From the NCBI GenBank assembly GCA_024137785.1, contig JAHRHZ010000025.1, positions 32,220,024 through 32,284,023 on the forward strand: 64,000 nt of DNA. Reading direction: 5' to 3'. The stretch is from Ginglymostoma cirratum. Its lineage: Eukaryota. The translations under genes were made by a program, and so were the position numbers. Below the pieces are notes generated by a model. That model had not been told where the DNA came from and ran no database searches. It saw nothing but the letters and a program-made list of their open reading frames with translations. Positions 1 to 13,500 of this stretch are shown here, piece after piece. Within the stretch, counting starts at the first letter, position 1. Each line of letters opens with the position of its first letter.

Positions 1-604
1 TTAGTTGGATTTGGCAGAGTGGATCCATTAATGGAGGCTGAGATTTTTCACACTTAGCTCCAGATAACCTTGCTAGCCAAATAACTAAAAGGGTAGGTTT
101 GACATGGCTGTACAAACAACATGACCCTTGCCAATTCTCTGTATGGCAAGCTGCACTAATCTTAACTGGTTGAAAACCAGCAATATCCCAGTTCACATAT
201 GGAAACCTTAAGCCTTGGTTCTTGCCCAGTTGGGCCTGGGGGAAAATGTATGCATTTGATGGAGGTGATTTTCAACAATTGCCTGCATTGGAACTGACTG
301 TGGTTGGAGTTATTAATATTTCCCATCCAATACAAAGCAGCATTGAGGCCCGAACCCATTCCAGAAGAAGTGTTAAATTCATGGGGAAGGAAATCTTATT
401 TCGGGAAATTATTTAAGGCTGTTTATGGGTGACTGTTAATTCAATAAATAAAAACTGAATGCACATAGACGGGGTGGGAGAGGACAATCATTGCTTAATT
501 ACTTATGCATAGATTTGGAAGTATTTATAATTATATATACATATAAACTATTATGGACCAGACCAAACTCCCTCCAAATATATTAGGAAGATAGTCTTGA
601 CCCT

Positions 605-880
605 TAATATTTCTTATTTTAAAAGTATGTGTTCCAGCAGTGGCAGCACAGCGAATGCAACTCAGGCCTGGCCACCAGGCCATGGCAGGGCACTTGATAA
701 GAAGGCCTGTAAAGTCAAACACTTTTCCTTTATTTCTTCACTTTTCTGCCTTTATGCTCTGTGTTTTGGTTTATTTTTCTGTGTTTTAAGATGGCACCAG
801 AGAGTGGTGACACTATCCAACACTTTTCACTGCATTTTGTACCAAATTACATGTGACGATGAATAAATCAAATCAAATCA
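605..880 (+). mobile_element. Unclassified non-LTR retroposon-like element with (AATCA)n tail
   Basis: 3' end AAGATGGCACC...CTTTTCACTGCA...TACATGTGAC..AATAAATCAAATCAAATCA. The same terminal motifs occur at 16450-16528. Confidence 0.5.
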
Positions 881-1189
881 GGTGACCACTTAGAGGTCCA
901 GGCCACATATACTACACCCTACACTCTACACTCCTGTGACTATGGCCTTGCCTGGGTATACTTATGCTTGCGATAAAATGGCATTTATTGGCATGCATGA
1001 AGCTGTCCATGACCAGTCCATGCCAGAGCAGCTGAGAGATGAGAGTGTGCTAAATTGCATTATCTCCACCCACAATGACACTAATTTTAAATTTTTAGTT
1101 TGCTTTGAATGTTTGTGGGTTTTTTTCCTATTACAGTGCCCCTTTAAGAGACTCTTTCAATTATTGTTTTTTTAGAGATTAAAGAGACG

Positions 1190-1306
1190 GGCTCTCCTGT
1201 GGCACAGCAGTAATATCTCTAACCCTGGACTGGGAAGCCCATTTCAGGTCACGCCTGCTGCAGAGGTGTGTAATACCATCTCTGATCAGGTTGATTAGAA
1301 AAAAAA
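1190..1306 (+). mobile_element. Short (~110 bp) tRNA-like SINE, copy 1
   Basis: Degenerate A-box/B-box-like head, body CCTGCTGCAGAGGTGTGTAATACCATCTCTGATCAGGTTGATTAG and A-tail; similar to 1484-1600 and 46902-47005. Confidence 0.6.
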
Positions 1307-1483
1307 TAGTTTAATAAAAGAAAATTAAGGATGCAGTTGAAGGATTTGAAACCAGAGTTGAGTATTTTTCAAAACAAGACTTTAGTGCATCCTTGGTCTC
1401 CTTGTTCATAAGGTGTTACCTTCTTCACTTAAATGTAAATGCCCTCTTATCTACAGACAAAATAAAAAGTCAGCAAAGAGAGG

Positions 1484-1600
1484 AGCTGTCTTGCAGCACA
1501 GTGGTAATGCCCCTACCAGTAGACTAGCAGGCCATGGGTTCAGGTCCCACATGCTCCAGATATGTGTAACAACATTTCTGAAAGGGTAGCTCAGGAAAAA
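1484..1600 (+). mobile_element. Short tRNA-like SINE, copy 2
   Basis: GCAGCACAGTGGTAA (A-box-like), GGTTCAGGTCCC (B-box-like), TGCTCCAGATATGTGTAACAACATTTCTGA and A-rich tail. Confidence 0.6.
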
Positions 1601-1920
1601 ATTGGGTAGAGGGTAAATAGGTGTTGATACTGGTGGGGGGTGGAGGGTAGCGGAGATGGAGTTAAGAGCATGAGTAAAATATCTTACTTTGTGAACTGAG
1701 TAATGATTGACCTTTGGCCTCCTTTGTCACCTATAAGAAAGTTGTAAGAAGTTTAACATTTCTTTAAAGAACTATGGATGAGAGAAGGAGTAACTGAAGA
1801 ATGGGTGGTGTGTACTTTGTTGACTGTTTCTGAGCTTTGCAAATGATTTGGTACAATTAGTAAAGGATAACATGCATGTCTAAAAGGTTTACGTTTGTTG
1901 CAGATTGATATTAGGCCAAA

Positions 1921-2015
1921 TAACAAGCATGGGGCTGGATGAACACAGCAGGTCAAGCAGCATCATAGGAGCAGGAAAACTTGACATTTCGGGCCTAGAC
2001 CCTTCATCTTATCTC
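1921..2015 (-). mobile_element. Penelope-like pLTR fragment with truncated hammerhead motif
   Basis: Nearly identical to 33792-33880; flanked by a perfect 15-bp direct repeat TGATATTAGGCCAAA (1906-1920 and 2016-2030). Confidence 0.8.
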
Positions 2016-3599
2016 TGATATTAGGCCAAAGGTTGTTTTGCTTCCTTTTTCAATGGCAGCTGAAAATTGTGCCCCGTATTGTGTGTTTCTCAGCACATGA
2101 TTTAAAGACTTTTAAAAGTGATTGGTTTTCACTTGCAGCAGGCTTCATACTGACCAAAAATGGTATTCAGGCAAAGGATTTCTATTGAACTTTGCAGAAT
2201 TTACTTTCCACATGAAGTACGGTGTGTCTGGGAGCATGAGGGTTAATTTTTAAAATGCTCCCTTTATCTTGGCACAGTGATTTTGGTACAGAAATGATGC
2301 ATTGATACAGTTGGGGCCAAATGCGTCATAATTAAACAGCCACAAACAAGAAGGCATGCATATATCAAATGTTTTACCACGTCATTGATTATTTTGGCAA
2401 AAGGCAAAGCTGACAGCTAAATCAAGCATGTCTCATTGTAAACAACTTTGTATTCCCCACCTCAAACCACTCTTGTACTTTTTCAGTAACCTTAAACAAA
2501 AAGTTATACTTAGTTAAAATAACAAATTACAAATAGTCATCTGGTAGAACAGAACCTGAGTGTTGCTGAACAAAAGGCATTTTGTTGAAGCTTTTTGGCT
2601 TGCAGTCATCAGCACAATTCTCTTTGGTATTAATAATTGGATTCTTGCGAATTGTTCTGATGAGTGCAAGACAAGAAGCTTTGAAAAACGTGTCTTTTCT
2701 TTGAAGAATAACAAATTATGTACAAAATAAGTACAATGTAAACTGAAATTGAGAAATGGCTTAAGCAAGAGGGACAATTAGGCATGCTGATAATAAGAGA
2801 ACAATAAAAATTACTCTACATATTTGCTCAACATGTACTAGGAAATTAATTTTCTGTTGTCATAATAAATCAAATGGAGTAATGCCTCTAATTGACTAAA
2901 ACATCAAGCAAAGGGATATAAGTAATATCGAAGGTAAAATGTGCTTATGCTTTTGCACATTGCACTGGATTCCTCCTGTACACTCTGATTATTTGATTTC
3001 TCTGCTTTACTTTTGTCCCAACTCGTAGGGCTCACACATCTTTTAATTTCCCACAAAAATGAATTTGTAATTTGGTTAATATTATTTAGATTTATTTAAT
3101 TAATCAATTTTTTTTTCAGGACACAGTTCCTAAGTTCACATGCATCAACAATGTCCAGACTACAGGGTTTTCAAAGGACTCTTTGAGCCCACAATTTCCT
3201 GCTCCTCATGTTAAAATGGACCTGCTGACTGATACATAGCTCACAGTTTTATATGAAATTAAAATTGCAGACTAATGCAGATAATTCCTCCATGTGGAAA
3301 TCCAGTAAGGAGACTCCTTGCATGTAATGCACTTTTGGGACAGTAGATTGATGAAGTAACCATAGAAAAGCACAAATCTCGATATATAGCAACATCTATC
3401 AGTGAAATGGACAAAATAGTACTGGTCTGTATGAATTTTGATTAAGAGAATTAAGTTAAGCTATATAAACATAAATCTAGTAATTTTAGATTGTTAATGT
3501 ATTGTCTGATTCCAAAATTGTAATTTGAAGTAAATTGACAGAGTAAATACATGAAGGAAATTAGTTTAGTTTCAACTTCAGACCAAAAGGTTCAAATTT

Positions 3600-4143
3600 A
3601 CAATTCAGAGGAATCCTGAGTTCAGTTCAGAAAATAGAATAGTTTCTGTTAGCAAGGGAATCTAGTCATTTGTGGGGAACCGATCATCTCAGCAGAACTG
3701 GTTTGTGGAATTTCCAAGGCAGAAAAGTTGGGAAATAAATCTTCATGCTGTCAGAGCTATGACATTTTAGGCCATAAGAATCGAGAAAGGTACACACCAG
3801 AAAGGAATTACAAAGTGGATTTCATAGTTCAAATTAAAACTGGAAAAAGTTAGCAAAGCAAATATCTTTTTAAAAAAAGTTGACATGGGAGTGATTTTTT
3901 TGGGGATTGAGTCTCTCATGGAGACAGATTGAAGTTTTTGTTTTATGCTTGTGTTAGGGTCATTCTAATTGTCTCTCATATATGTAGTTTTGTTTGTTTA
4001 TTTCTTTTGTGTAATAAGTTTGATTCTGCTGTTAAACAATTATCTGCACCTATGTGTTAGATTTTTTAAAAATGATCTATCAAGCCAGGCTTCAAGTTGG
4101 AGATCTGACTTATCTTGTAGTATCATCAGCTAGTATCATAATA
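3600..4143 (+). mobile_element. LTR-like repeat, 3' part (family shared with ~39183 and ~50013)
   Basis: Shared 3' block TGATCTATCAAGCCAGG...GATCTGACTT.TC...ATCAG.T..ATCATAA(C)A in three copies; 5' boundary uncertain. Confidence 0.5.
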
Positions 4144-6479
4144 TAATTGAAAATTCACTGGACGTTTATAATGCCTTACTCTTCTCCAAGCATCAGATCT
4201 CACACCAGGTTTTTGTTTATTCTTGCTTGCGATTTTAGTGCTCACTTTGAAGAAAGATTCCAATTGTTAAATATATCATGTTGATCAGTAAGATTCTAAC
4301 TTAGCCAACTTTATTTCTGCCTATACATTTTTAAATTTCACGAAAGGTGTTACAGAATTGAAATTTACTGTGAAAAAAGACATTAACTAATAAAGAAATC
4401 TCTTGACCTTCCAACATGTGTTTCTTCTAATGTTTGGCAAAGCTGCCATCAGAAATCTCTGTTAATTGTTTTCTTTTGAACATCTATATTTGTTGTGAGC
4501 GCTTTATTTCACTTTTGAAAGTAGAATGTGAAAAGGAAGAACAAAATAGCAAAGCCAAATGTGGACACCTTACAGTTTGAAAAAGAAGAATTGATAATAA
4601 AGAACAAGGAAATGGCAGAGCAATTAATCAAATATATTTTGTCTGCATATTTTTTACTTTTTCTTTGTTGCTGCTCTACTGATTTTGGTTCATTTCAAAC
4701 TGCTGCCCCAATGGCCCTTGCTTGGATAAAACTGTTCTTTTAAGAAGCGCAGGCTTGTAATAGCTGATCTCTGTCTACAGCTAGCATACAAACCAAATAA
4801 GGAATGATGATGTCACACAGGCATTTTTATCTTTTTTGCTAATTTGAAGAAAACAAATGGTTGAACTGGTTGATATCTTGACACAGATAAGCCTTCTTAA
4901 CGTGGAAAATTGATCTTTTAATGTTTAAAGCTGTATTTACTCCTTGAAGTACTTTGGAGCTATACTTTCAAAACCATTTTAACTGCCTAAGTTAATACTG
5001 AATTAGCAGCCTTTTGTCTTTTTTTTATTTAATGAAACAGAGAGAGATAGAATACTGACTGCGTTGGAGAATGTGTCTGTAGCCTTCAGTTTTGGTTATA
5101 AGTGTAACTTCAGCCTGTTCTTGTTTTAAGTAAGTCATTCTTAGTAATTTCTTGTATTTTGAAAGATATGCTTTCGAATCAAATGTAACCTAGTTCTATC
5201 TTCTCACTGGTTAATGCCATATCCACAGATCTGTCCAGCCATTTGTAATCTCATAAACTGATGTTGCAGATTGTCTGTACTCTCTGATGTCAAAAGCTAC
5301 TGTTTGGTTGGTCTTCAATTAATGTTTAAAAGATTTATTACTAAGATGGTGGAATCTTCTTTATGGATGGTCACTGTTGTTAACCATAATGTGATTTTGT
5401 CTTCAGCATGGTGTTTTTGGTTGATGCAACAATTCTTATGTTATCTCTCATAATATAAGAAATTGAGCATTCATATCATAGTATTACAGAAGCCAACAGA
5501 TATTTACTGTAACTATCACAACAAATGTTAGATTACAACAGAAAGTACTGAGCAGCATGATTCAGTAACATGCCATGCTTCAAGTGATCCAGATATGATG
5601 GAGTATGAGACCTTTATGCCATCAGGACACAACCTATTATGATTTACAATCATGTTGCTTAAAGTAATGCCAGTATATGTACAGTTTGACATTGCACAAC
5701 ACTCAATGTTTCAGATTTGAAATTCTCATTTGCCTGATTAGATGTATACATGTCTTACTCTCTTCCTATATCTGTCATTCAATCTTGTTCATAAACTCTC
5801 TGTTGCTCTGACACCAACATCTCTACTGAGAAACAACTGATGTTTAATCCTAATTTAATGAATATTGTGAGGATTAAATTCTTAGATGGGAAAAGAAAGT
5901 GAATATGGCAATTATTACCAGGCATCATTTCTTTGTGATTCTGAGAGCTTTATCAAAGTTCAAAGCAGACTAATGACCCCAACAGAACGTGTCGCATGCA
6001 GAGATGTTGGGCAGAATTTCATGTACCCTCTTCACAGATTGTAAATGATTTACTTATTTCAATATTTTCTGTTCTATTGTGCAAGTTTTCATCTGTGCAT
6101 GTTTCATTCTACTTGTCATTGGCAGACTGAAACATTTAAGCACTCAGTGTTTTGTTGTCACTGGTGGCAAGACAGCTCACTACAAACATTTTCAGGGCAA
6201 CTAGGGATGATAATAAATTCTGGGATATAACAGCACCCAGAACTGAGAATTAAAGAAAATATATTTCATACCAGTTTATTATATCAGTAATCCTATTGTC
6301 CAGACCTTAGCACGCAAATATGAAGAGGCACTTCAGTTGATTGTGTTAGTTGGCAACTTGATTGAGCCAACTGTTCTCTTTGTCCAAGTAATGAGTGCGT
6401 GCATACTTCAGTTAATGCTGTGGAGAAACGATTTAATAGCCTAAACTGAAAAAGTTATTTGATAATGCAAGGGCAAGGG

Positions 6480-7235
6480 GTGACAGGGAAAAGCAGATGA
6501 TATAATCAACTGGAGAAGGTGTTTGATTATGAATTGACAAAAAAGAATAAAAAACAAATGATAGGGCAAAGATCAGTTATTCAATTTGGAGAAAGACAGA
6601 CCTTGTGTTCCACATGAGATCTGTGATACATTATTCTTAGTCCATAATTTGCATGAATGATATAGGAAAAAATGACAATTTAAAAATCACTTAGGAGGGA
6701 TGGAGCGTAATAAGGTATTAGAAACTTGTAAACTGAGCTGTTAACTGACAAATGAACCTTAACAAGGACAAATATGTATGAATCAATGGATATTTTACAA
6801 GTGCAAAGGTCTGAAAGAGTTAATATTGAGGCATGCTTAATCACAACTCACTATTTTGATTTGATGGGAGAACAGCTCAACCTTCTTGAAGAAGAAATAA
6901 AATAATGAGAGGTACAGATTGAGTTAATGGTAGTCCTTTCCCTAGAATGGGGGTTTTCAAGACTAAGGGACACATTTTTAAGGTGAGAGGAGAGAGATTT
7001 AAAAGAGAACTGAAAGCTGAATGTTTTATATAGTGGATGATTTGCAAGTGGAATGATCTGCCTGAAGAAGTGCTGGATGTGGGTACAATTACAACGTTTA
7101 AAAGACATTTAGATAAGTAAATGAATAGGAAAGATTTGGAAGGATATGGGCCAGGAGCAGACAGGTGGATCTAGTTTAGTTCAGCATGGACTCGTTGGAC
7201 CAAAGTGTCGGTTTCCATGCTGTATGACTTCATAA
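6480..7235 (+). mobile_element. Degraded CR1 LINE 3' fragment
   Basis: AAGGTGAGAGGAGAGAGATTTAAAAG and TACAATTACAACGTTTAAAAGACATTT blocks, ending GTTTCCATGCTGTATGACT, typical of a CR1 3' region. Confidence 0.7.
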
Positions 7236-7769
7236 ATCTATAAGAATGACCTCGCATCTGGGTGCTCGTCGCAGTCTCTTTAACAATCTCTATCATAATA
7301 ATATAACTTGTACAGAATTGTTAACATGCAAAAAACTACATTTTGCTTGAGACAAGACCATCTCCTTGTTAGACTCCCAATATCTCTATTGGAAATTGTG
7401 GTAGCAGCATATCTACCAGATAGCTCTGACAACATGATGAGCAGTGATGAGGTTTCATTACAGCAACACAATTCAGTCAATAAAATAGAAACACCAGCTT
7501 AGAAAATGTGAAACTAAGTGGAATTAAAGAACGAACAGTTCTAGGAATGCAATGACCAAATCATTAACAGTGGAATCACAAGTTCACAAAGCTTTGGAAA
7601 ATGTGAATAAAGTGCTAGAATGTATTTATCAATATGAAGGAGTTCAAAAGTAGTGAGATTACATTAAAGTGTAGAGAATGAACAGGATGGGTATTTTCTC
7701 TTTTGAAAAGAGAAAACATGAAACAAAGCAGATAGATGTCTTTAATCATAATTCAGTAGCAATCTGGTT

Positions 7770-8466
7770 TCTTTCAGACCAATGGGAATCTCACCAATAG
7801 GATGGAAATCCGAAAGGGAACCCCTGACAGACAGAACTACCCTTCAGGCACTTAATTGTCCATCTTTGGGCTTTCTCCAAACTTTAGCATGGAACGCTTC
7901 ATTGCCAAGAGCCGTTGGCCATCAGACGCTGGTACTCCCTGTGCCACCACTAGCAGCAGGATTCATAGGGGCAGCAATGTACCTATCACAGGCCCAGGAT
8001 CATTATGGGACTCCAGACCAACATTGAATATGGGCAGGATGAAGATCAAGGAGTGGAGGTTGAAGACAAGTGCAGGGGTGCGGCTTTAAGCATCCCACTC
8101 ACCCTGATGCCAGGTCCTCAAAATGGTCACGAGGTGCCTGACTGTGAGTAATGCCTTCTATGCGCCCTGAACGCCCCATGAGGCCATTGGTAAACCTAAT
8201 ACAGTTTGCTTGGTGGCTGTCAGATAATGCAGGAAACTGTGTAGGTCCCATTTAATCCCAGAGCATCAGTCAATTGCAGTGAGATCATCGATAACGGATG
8301 CTTATTTGCTGATTAATGAGCTTAACTGACATCCCACTAATGATTTCTGGGAATGCTGTACCAGTCCCTTCCAACTTTTGAATTAGCCAGAATATTTTCT
8401 CTCTGACAAAGCAGTGGGCAAATCTGCAATGATTCCCACCGCAACAAACTGGATTAAATTCAGCCC
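7770..8466. mobile_element. Putative Harbinger-type non-autonomous DNA element
   Basis: GC-richer block ending in AAATTCAGCCC, a terminal motif that recurs at 25198-25208; left end not resolved. Confidence 0.35.
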
Positions 8467-10207
8467 AATTTTAAAGTGATATCATCGCCATCACTTAAAG
8501 CAGTTACCAAAACAAAAATCCAGTGTGCAAATGTGAGGCGCTTCTTCACTCATCACAAACTTTTCCACAACAAAAAGAGATTCGATTAAATACCTTAGAT
8601 ACTTTCAGAATGAGAAAAAGAAAGATATATGAGAAAACAAAAGGAAATAAAAAGTTATGTTAAAAAGATGTGATGAAGTAGAAATGTAGAGAAACTCGCT
8701 TCTGCATCACAAAGTAAATATTGGCCTTTGTAAGTGACGTCTACATCCTTTGAAAGAATTTTTAAAAAATATGTGGAGTATATACAGCATCACAGAATAT
8801 TTGTGCTGAATGAGCTATTCTTGCGCTATCTACTTCATGTAATTCCATGTAAAGTGGTGCCAACATCGTATACAATACCATCTAAGTTGGCATCAACAGA
8901 AAATATTTAAGATGGCTCCGGGTGATAAATCAGGCAGTTTATCGGAACAAACAAAGCTCACATTTGGATGAGTGCAGACACCATTTGCTTACATAAATAG
9001 AATAAAAAGCTTCCTCACCAACATATACAAAGCGAAAAGACTTTTAGACAAAAAAATTGCAGCATTTCATTCCTTAAATTTCAAATACTTGATTCAGTGA
9101 CTACAGGAATTCATTCAGGTTGAGCATCACATTCAAGTAATTTTGGGATTGCAAAGCCACGTAGCATCATCAAACTGTTTTCTTTTGCACTTGAAATAAT
9201 TTCATTATCAATGTGCAATTTCCTTCAATTAGTTTAGAAAGTGATATTCAGTTTGTCCACGTACATGCAATCTTTTAGTCAACTGTGTGCATAACCCAAA
9301 CCACCAATGACCATGACAAATCCAGAATCTGAAGAATTCTTTAAGAAGGAAATTCCATAAGTTCTTAATTATAAAGGGCATGGAAGAACATAGGACCAGG
9401 GGAAAAAAAAGATAAGATGCCAGATGGTGAAATCTGAATAGAATGTAAAAATTGTGTTTGTATTTTATAAAATAAATTAATTCACTAGATCCTGCAATTC
9501 TCAATTTGCTTTTTCAGTTGATTTGCAGATCTAAAGGAATTGAATTGACAACTTGAGCAAAGTTTAATGAGAGAATGGGAAACAACAAAAAGGTTTGTTT
9601 TATCAAACATTTGAAGTTAGTTAAATTGCAAAATTGCACTATTGAACTTTCCAGTAAATAATAAAAGATTTTTTTTTCCAACTGTAATACTTAGCTTTAT
9701 ATAATTGTATGCAAAAATCAAATCTTGTGTACTCACTTATCAACTCCTATGCTTTACCTGGCTGTTAACCTTTGTCAATGGTTTGCAAGACATATACAAC
9801 AGTTGTTCCTCTCTAGCATGTGAGCAAGGATAATCTCCCAACAGGCAGAGAATCAGCAATTGTACATTACCAGGAACAATCAAAAGGAGCAAATATATTT
9901 CAGAATTTGTGATCACTGGCCAAGTTATGCAAATATTTGGAGTGTTACGTATATTACAACACTTAGCCATTTGGCCTTGCCTATTCAATTACCGGTAAAG
10001 CCAGTGTTCTGTAATCATCTTTTCAATTGTAGCACTCTAATGTATTCCAGTGGCTGTTTGTCAATTTAGAAAACCTGATTGAAAAGTGTAAACAATGTGT
10101 TGACATATTTGACCAGGGAGCACTAGAACCTTAACAAATTAATTTGAAGACAAGGTATGAACACCATCCAGAGCAGCTGTCACCATGTAGAATGGTGACC
10201 ACGAAAT

Positions 10208-10485
10208 TATTAATTCGTGGGATGTGTGCTACGTTGGCTGGTCAGCATTTATTGCCTGTCCCTAGTTTGCCCCTTGAGAAGGTGTTGGTAAGCTGTCTTC
10301 TTTTACCGCTGCTGTCCATGTGCTGTGGGTTGACCTACAATGCTGTTAGATTTGAATTCCAAGATTTTCAACGACAACTGTTAAGGAATGGTGATATATT
10401 TCCAAGTCAGAATGGTAAGTGACATTGATGGGAGCTTGCAAGTGGTGGTTTTCCCAAGTATCGGCTGCCCTTGTCCTTCTAGATG
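10208..10485 (-). mobile_element. LINE 3' fragment (CR1/L2 group) sharing its tail with the SacSINE1-like SINE
   Basis: CAGCATTTATTGCC..TCCCTAGTTGCCCTTGAGAAGGTG and TATTTCCAAGTCAG.ATGG blocks, also at 19740, 56290 and 59963. Confidence 0.75.
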
Positions 10486-10577
10486 CAATTGAACAAGTAA
10501 AAAACCTGATATATCATGACAGTTCACCAACAAACAGCTAAAGTTGCCACAAATGACTTGCTCACAAGCCACTTTCT

Positions 10578-10922
10578 TAAAAAAGTCATGGGAGTGGGGG
10601 CATTGTAGTCTTGGCCAGCATTTATTGTCCATCGCTAATTGCCCAGAAGGTAGTTAAAAGTCAACGACATTGCTCTGAGTTTGGTGTCATGTGTAGATGG
10701 TATACGTAAGGACTGCAGATTTAATCCTGTAAAGGACATGAATGAATCAGATAGTTTTTTTAGGACAAACAACAGTGGTTATACGGTCACCATTGGACTA
10801 TTCATATTTATTTCAGATTTTAATTGAATTCAACTTTTACCATCAGCCATGATGGGATTTGAACTGCTGTCTTCATAAAATTAGTCTGAGGTTCTGAATT
10901 ATTAGTTCAACCATTGTCGTCC
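10578..10922 (-). mobile_element. SacSINE1-like (Deu-domain) SINE, degraded
   Basis: Reverse-strand similarity to 14477-14812 (tail, ACATTGCT.TG.GT.TGG.GTCA.GTGTA and GTAAGGA..GCAGATT blocks, tRNA-like head). Confidence 0.7.
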
Positions 10923-11542
10923 TACAGTTCAAGCTTTCACTTCACATGCTTCATTTTCCAGCTCGATCACTCTAATCCACAAATTTTATTGGAAAGAAAA
11001 GAGGTCAATTGGATTAGTTTAACTGTTTTCTTCTGATTGTATCAGAGGTAGTTCTTAACTTCCTTTCTTCTTTTTTTTAACAATAGGCAATAGTTTCTGA
11101 AGTCCAACATAATAATGACATGGAGCAAATTATTTAGAGTTGAAAAAAAGTACAGTTCATCATTGGATTCAAAACCTAAGGGAATACTTTGCAACACACA
11201 TTCAAATAGACATGCATCTAAGGATAGGAGAGAAGTTGCACATGGTATACTGTTTAAAATCAAGGTTAAATCAAGTCATTAATTTGTGCGAAAAGGAAAG
11301 ACCAGTAAATGAATGTCTCCTGGAGGTTCTGCCAATTGACTATGTGTTGTAGTTCCTTTCACAGTTAAATTGTAGGTTAAAGTTCGTCAGTGGTAAATTG
11401 GGAACTTGTTCACTTTGCAGGCGAAATATATGATTGGTTCCAGAACTTTCCAGAAGCTTTCAAGGGGAAAGATTTTCTAAGCATCTACTTAGCTGAATCC
11501 CTGAACTATTATATAGGCAGAAATGCCTATATAATGCCTATA

Positions 11543-11888
11543 GCATGGTGACTCAATGATTAACACTGCCGCCTCACAGCACCAGGGATCCAGGTTCAAT
11601 TCCAGCCTTGGGTGACTGTCTGTGTGGAGCTTGTACATTCTTTCTGTGTCTGCGTGGGTTTCCTCTGGCTGCTCAGGTTTCCTCGCACAGATTAGGGGAT
11701 TAGGGGATTAGTTGAATTGTCTGAACTAAATTCCTCAAAGTGTCCAGGGATGTGTAGGTTAGGTGGATCAGCCATGGGAAATGCTGGGATAGAGTGTGGG
11801 GGTGAGTCTGGGTGGGATGCCCTTCAGAGAGTTGGCGTGGACATGTTGGGCCAAATGGCCTGTTTCTACACTGTAAGGATTCAATAAT
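11543..11888 (+). mobile_element. HE1-like V-SINE
   Basis: tRNA-like head (GGTTCAATTCC B-box), V-core CTGTGTGGAG.TTG.ACATTCT...GTCTGCGTGGGTTTCCTC and CR1-like tail GGCCAAATGGCCTGTTTC. Confidence 0.85.
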
Positions 11889-12129
11889 CATGTTGGGGTC
11901 TGAGTGAAATGATTTCTGATAAGATGTCCAGCAGAACTGGACAACAAGTGCAATGATGATTATCTTGATGTCAGGAACAACCTGTCTGCTTTTCAAAAAA
12001 GGTGTGGCGAGTTCAAAATTTGATGGCAATTATTTCTTGTTAAATAACTTATGTACAAACTTTCCTTATTAATGTCCAGTGCCCCCATCTTACCAAAGTC
12101 ATCAAATAAGCTGGACTTTGGGAAAACTC

Positions 12130-13500
12130 AGTAAGAAAACTAAAGTGAGTAGGTGGTGGGTTCAGCTTGTCAATTTCTCCAAATGGATTCTATGTTGCCC
12201 ACGACCAAAACCTAATGTACAATCCATGAACACCAGCCATATTCTACTCGCGTCCACAAACATTGACACCAAGCTTCTGCCAATGCTACATGACCATCCG
12301 GGTCTCTCTCCAATGCACTGGCAGTGTGCTCTTGATGCACAGATACGCACTACAGGACACACTGGCAACTGGCATTGGAAGGCTGCAGAAGGTGTCACAT
12401 TGTACACAGACTGCATCTCAGGCCTGGGGTTCATTTGCTTTCTTTGTGCTTGCACACTAAGCACCTCACAGGATGCTCATAGCATGCCTTGCCTTGCCTC
12501 ATGTTGTTGTGCCAATTAGCACAGTCACACAAACAGGCAGCTCGCTTAGCTGGTCATCAGTCCTCTATTTGGGGGCACTACTCTGCAGTATGGCAGTGTG
12601 CTCCATCAATCTCACACCTGCTTCATGTTCTAGCAGCGTATGTAGCCAACTCAGTGCATGTTAGACAGTCATGTCTCAAACATGTACAAATGGACACCAT
12701 GGAGGCACCCTACAGTCCTGGTCCAGTAAGTCCAGGACAGCCTCCAATACCATCCTGGGGAATGGCCACAGTGTCGGGTCTGATAGGGAATGCTCTCAGT
12801 CATAGTCCATGCTTGTGCAGTCCGGGGAGCAGGTCATGGTCACTTCCCTGTCTCCAAAGTGGCCGGTCCGGGGTTAACGGTTAATGTAGTCAGGGGGATG
12901 TACAGCAAACAGTCAGGGTCTGGGCACTTCTTGTCTGGGGCTGCCCAGCTATGTCAGGAGAAGAGTTGGACCATGGTTAATTCACCAATCAGATCTGTCC
13001 ACAAAATGAAGGCAGGGGTCAAGAATGGTCAATGCCTCGAGACAAAGCATGGCTGGGAAGGAGAAACTGCTGGGAGGGGGTGGAGTCAGCCTCTGTAACA
13101 GCACCCTGGCTTCAATGGATGTGAATGACCATACCTAGGATGGTCACCTCCTGTGCCAGGTGTCTGGGGGAGGTGGAGGTGGAGGAGGGTAGGCTGGTGG
13201 GAATGTGTATAAATGAGTTGGGTAGGAACTTGGAGAAGTGTGAAGCCTGTGGGGTTAACAAGGAGGCTGCAGGAAGGGAAGATGGCTGTTTGGGAGCTCA
13301 ACAGCATATTCAGACTAAGGCAGGAAGCCACTTGTTGAAGAGCAGTCACTGTCACTTTCCTAGTGACTCAAAAACACACAATGGGGAGAAAATGACTGCA
13401 AGGATACTCAGAGTAGCTGGGGTAGGTAACTTGACCTGTGAGAGAGGGGGCTGCAGCAAACACCAATCACGAGGCTTTTAAAGGAAGATAATGTTGGTCA
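12130..13500. mobile_element. Highly decayed GC-rich element, possibly a Harbinger relic
   Basis: Abrupt GC-rich block. GGAGGCACCCTACAG near 12700 reads GGTLQ, reminiscent of the HARBI1-type GG(A/T)LQY motif. No continuous ORF. Confidence 0.3.

Noticed and set aside
2140-3240. Possible plus-strand exon pair (2140-2216 and from 3120)
   Set aside because: Weak donor (GTACGG); the joined peptide is short and unrecognisable.
9229-9990. Minus-strand ORFs with donor-like GTACGT/GTGAGT sites
   Set aside because: No recognisable homology and no consistent exon chain.
11543-11620. tRNA-like sequences (also at 1484, 14477 and 29020-29085)
   Set aside because: SINE heads with A/B-box remnants; no complete cloverleaf, and they continue into SINE bodies.
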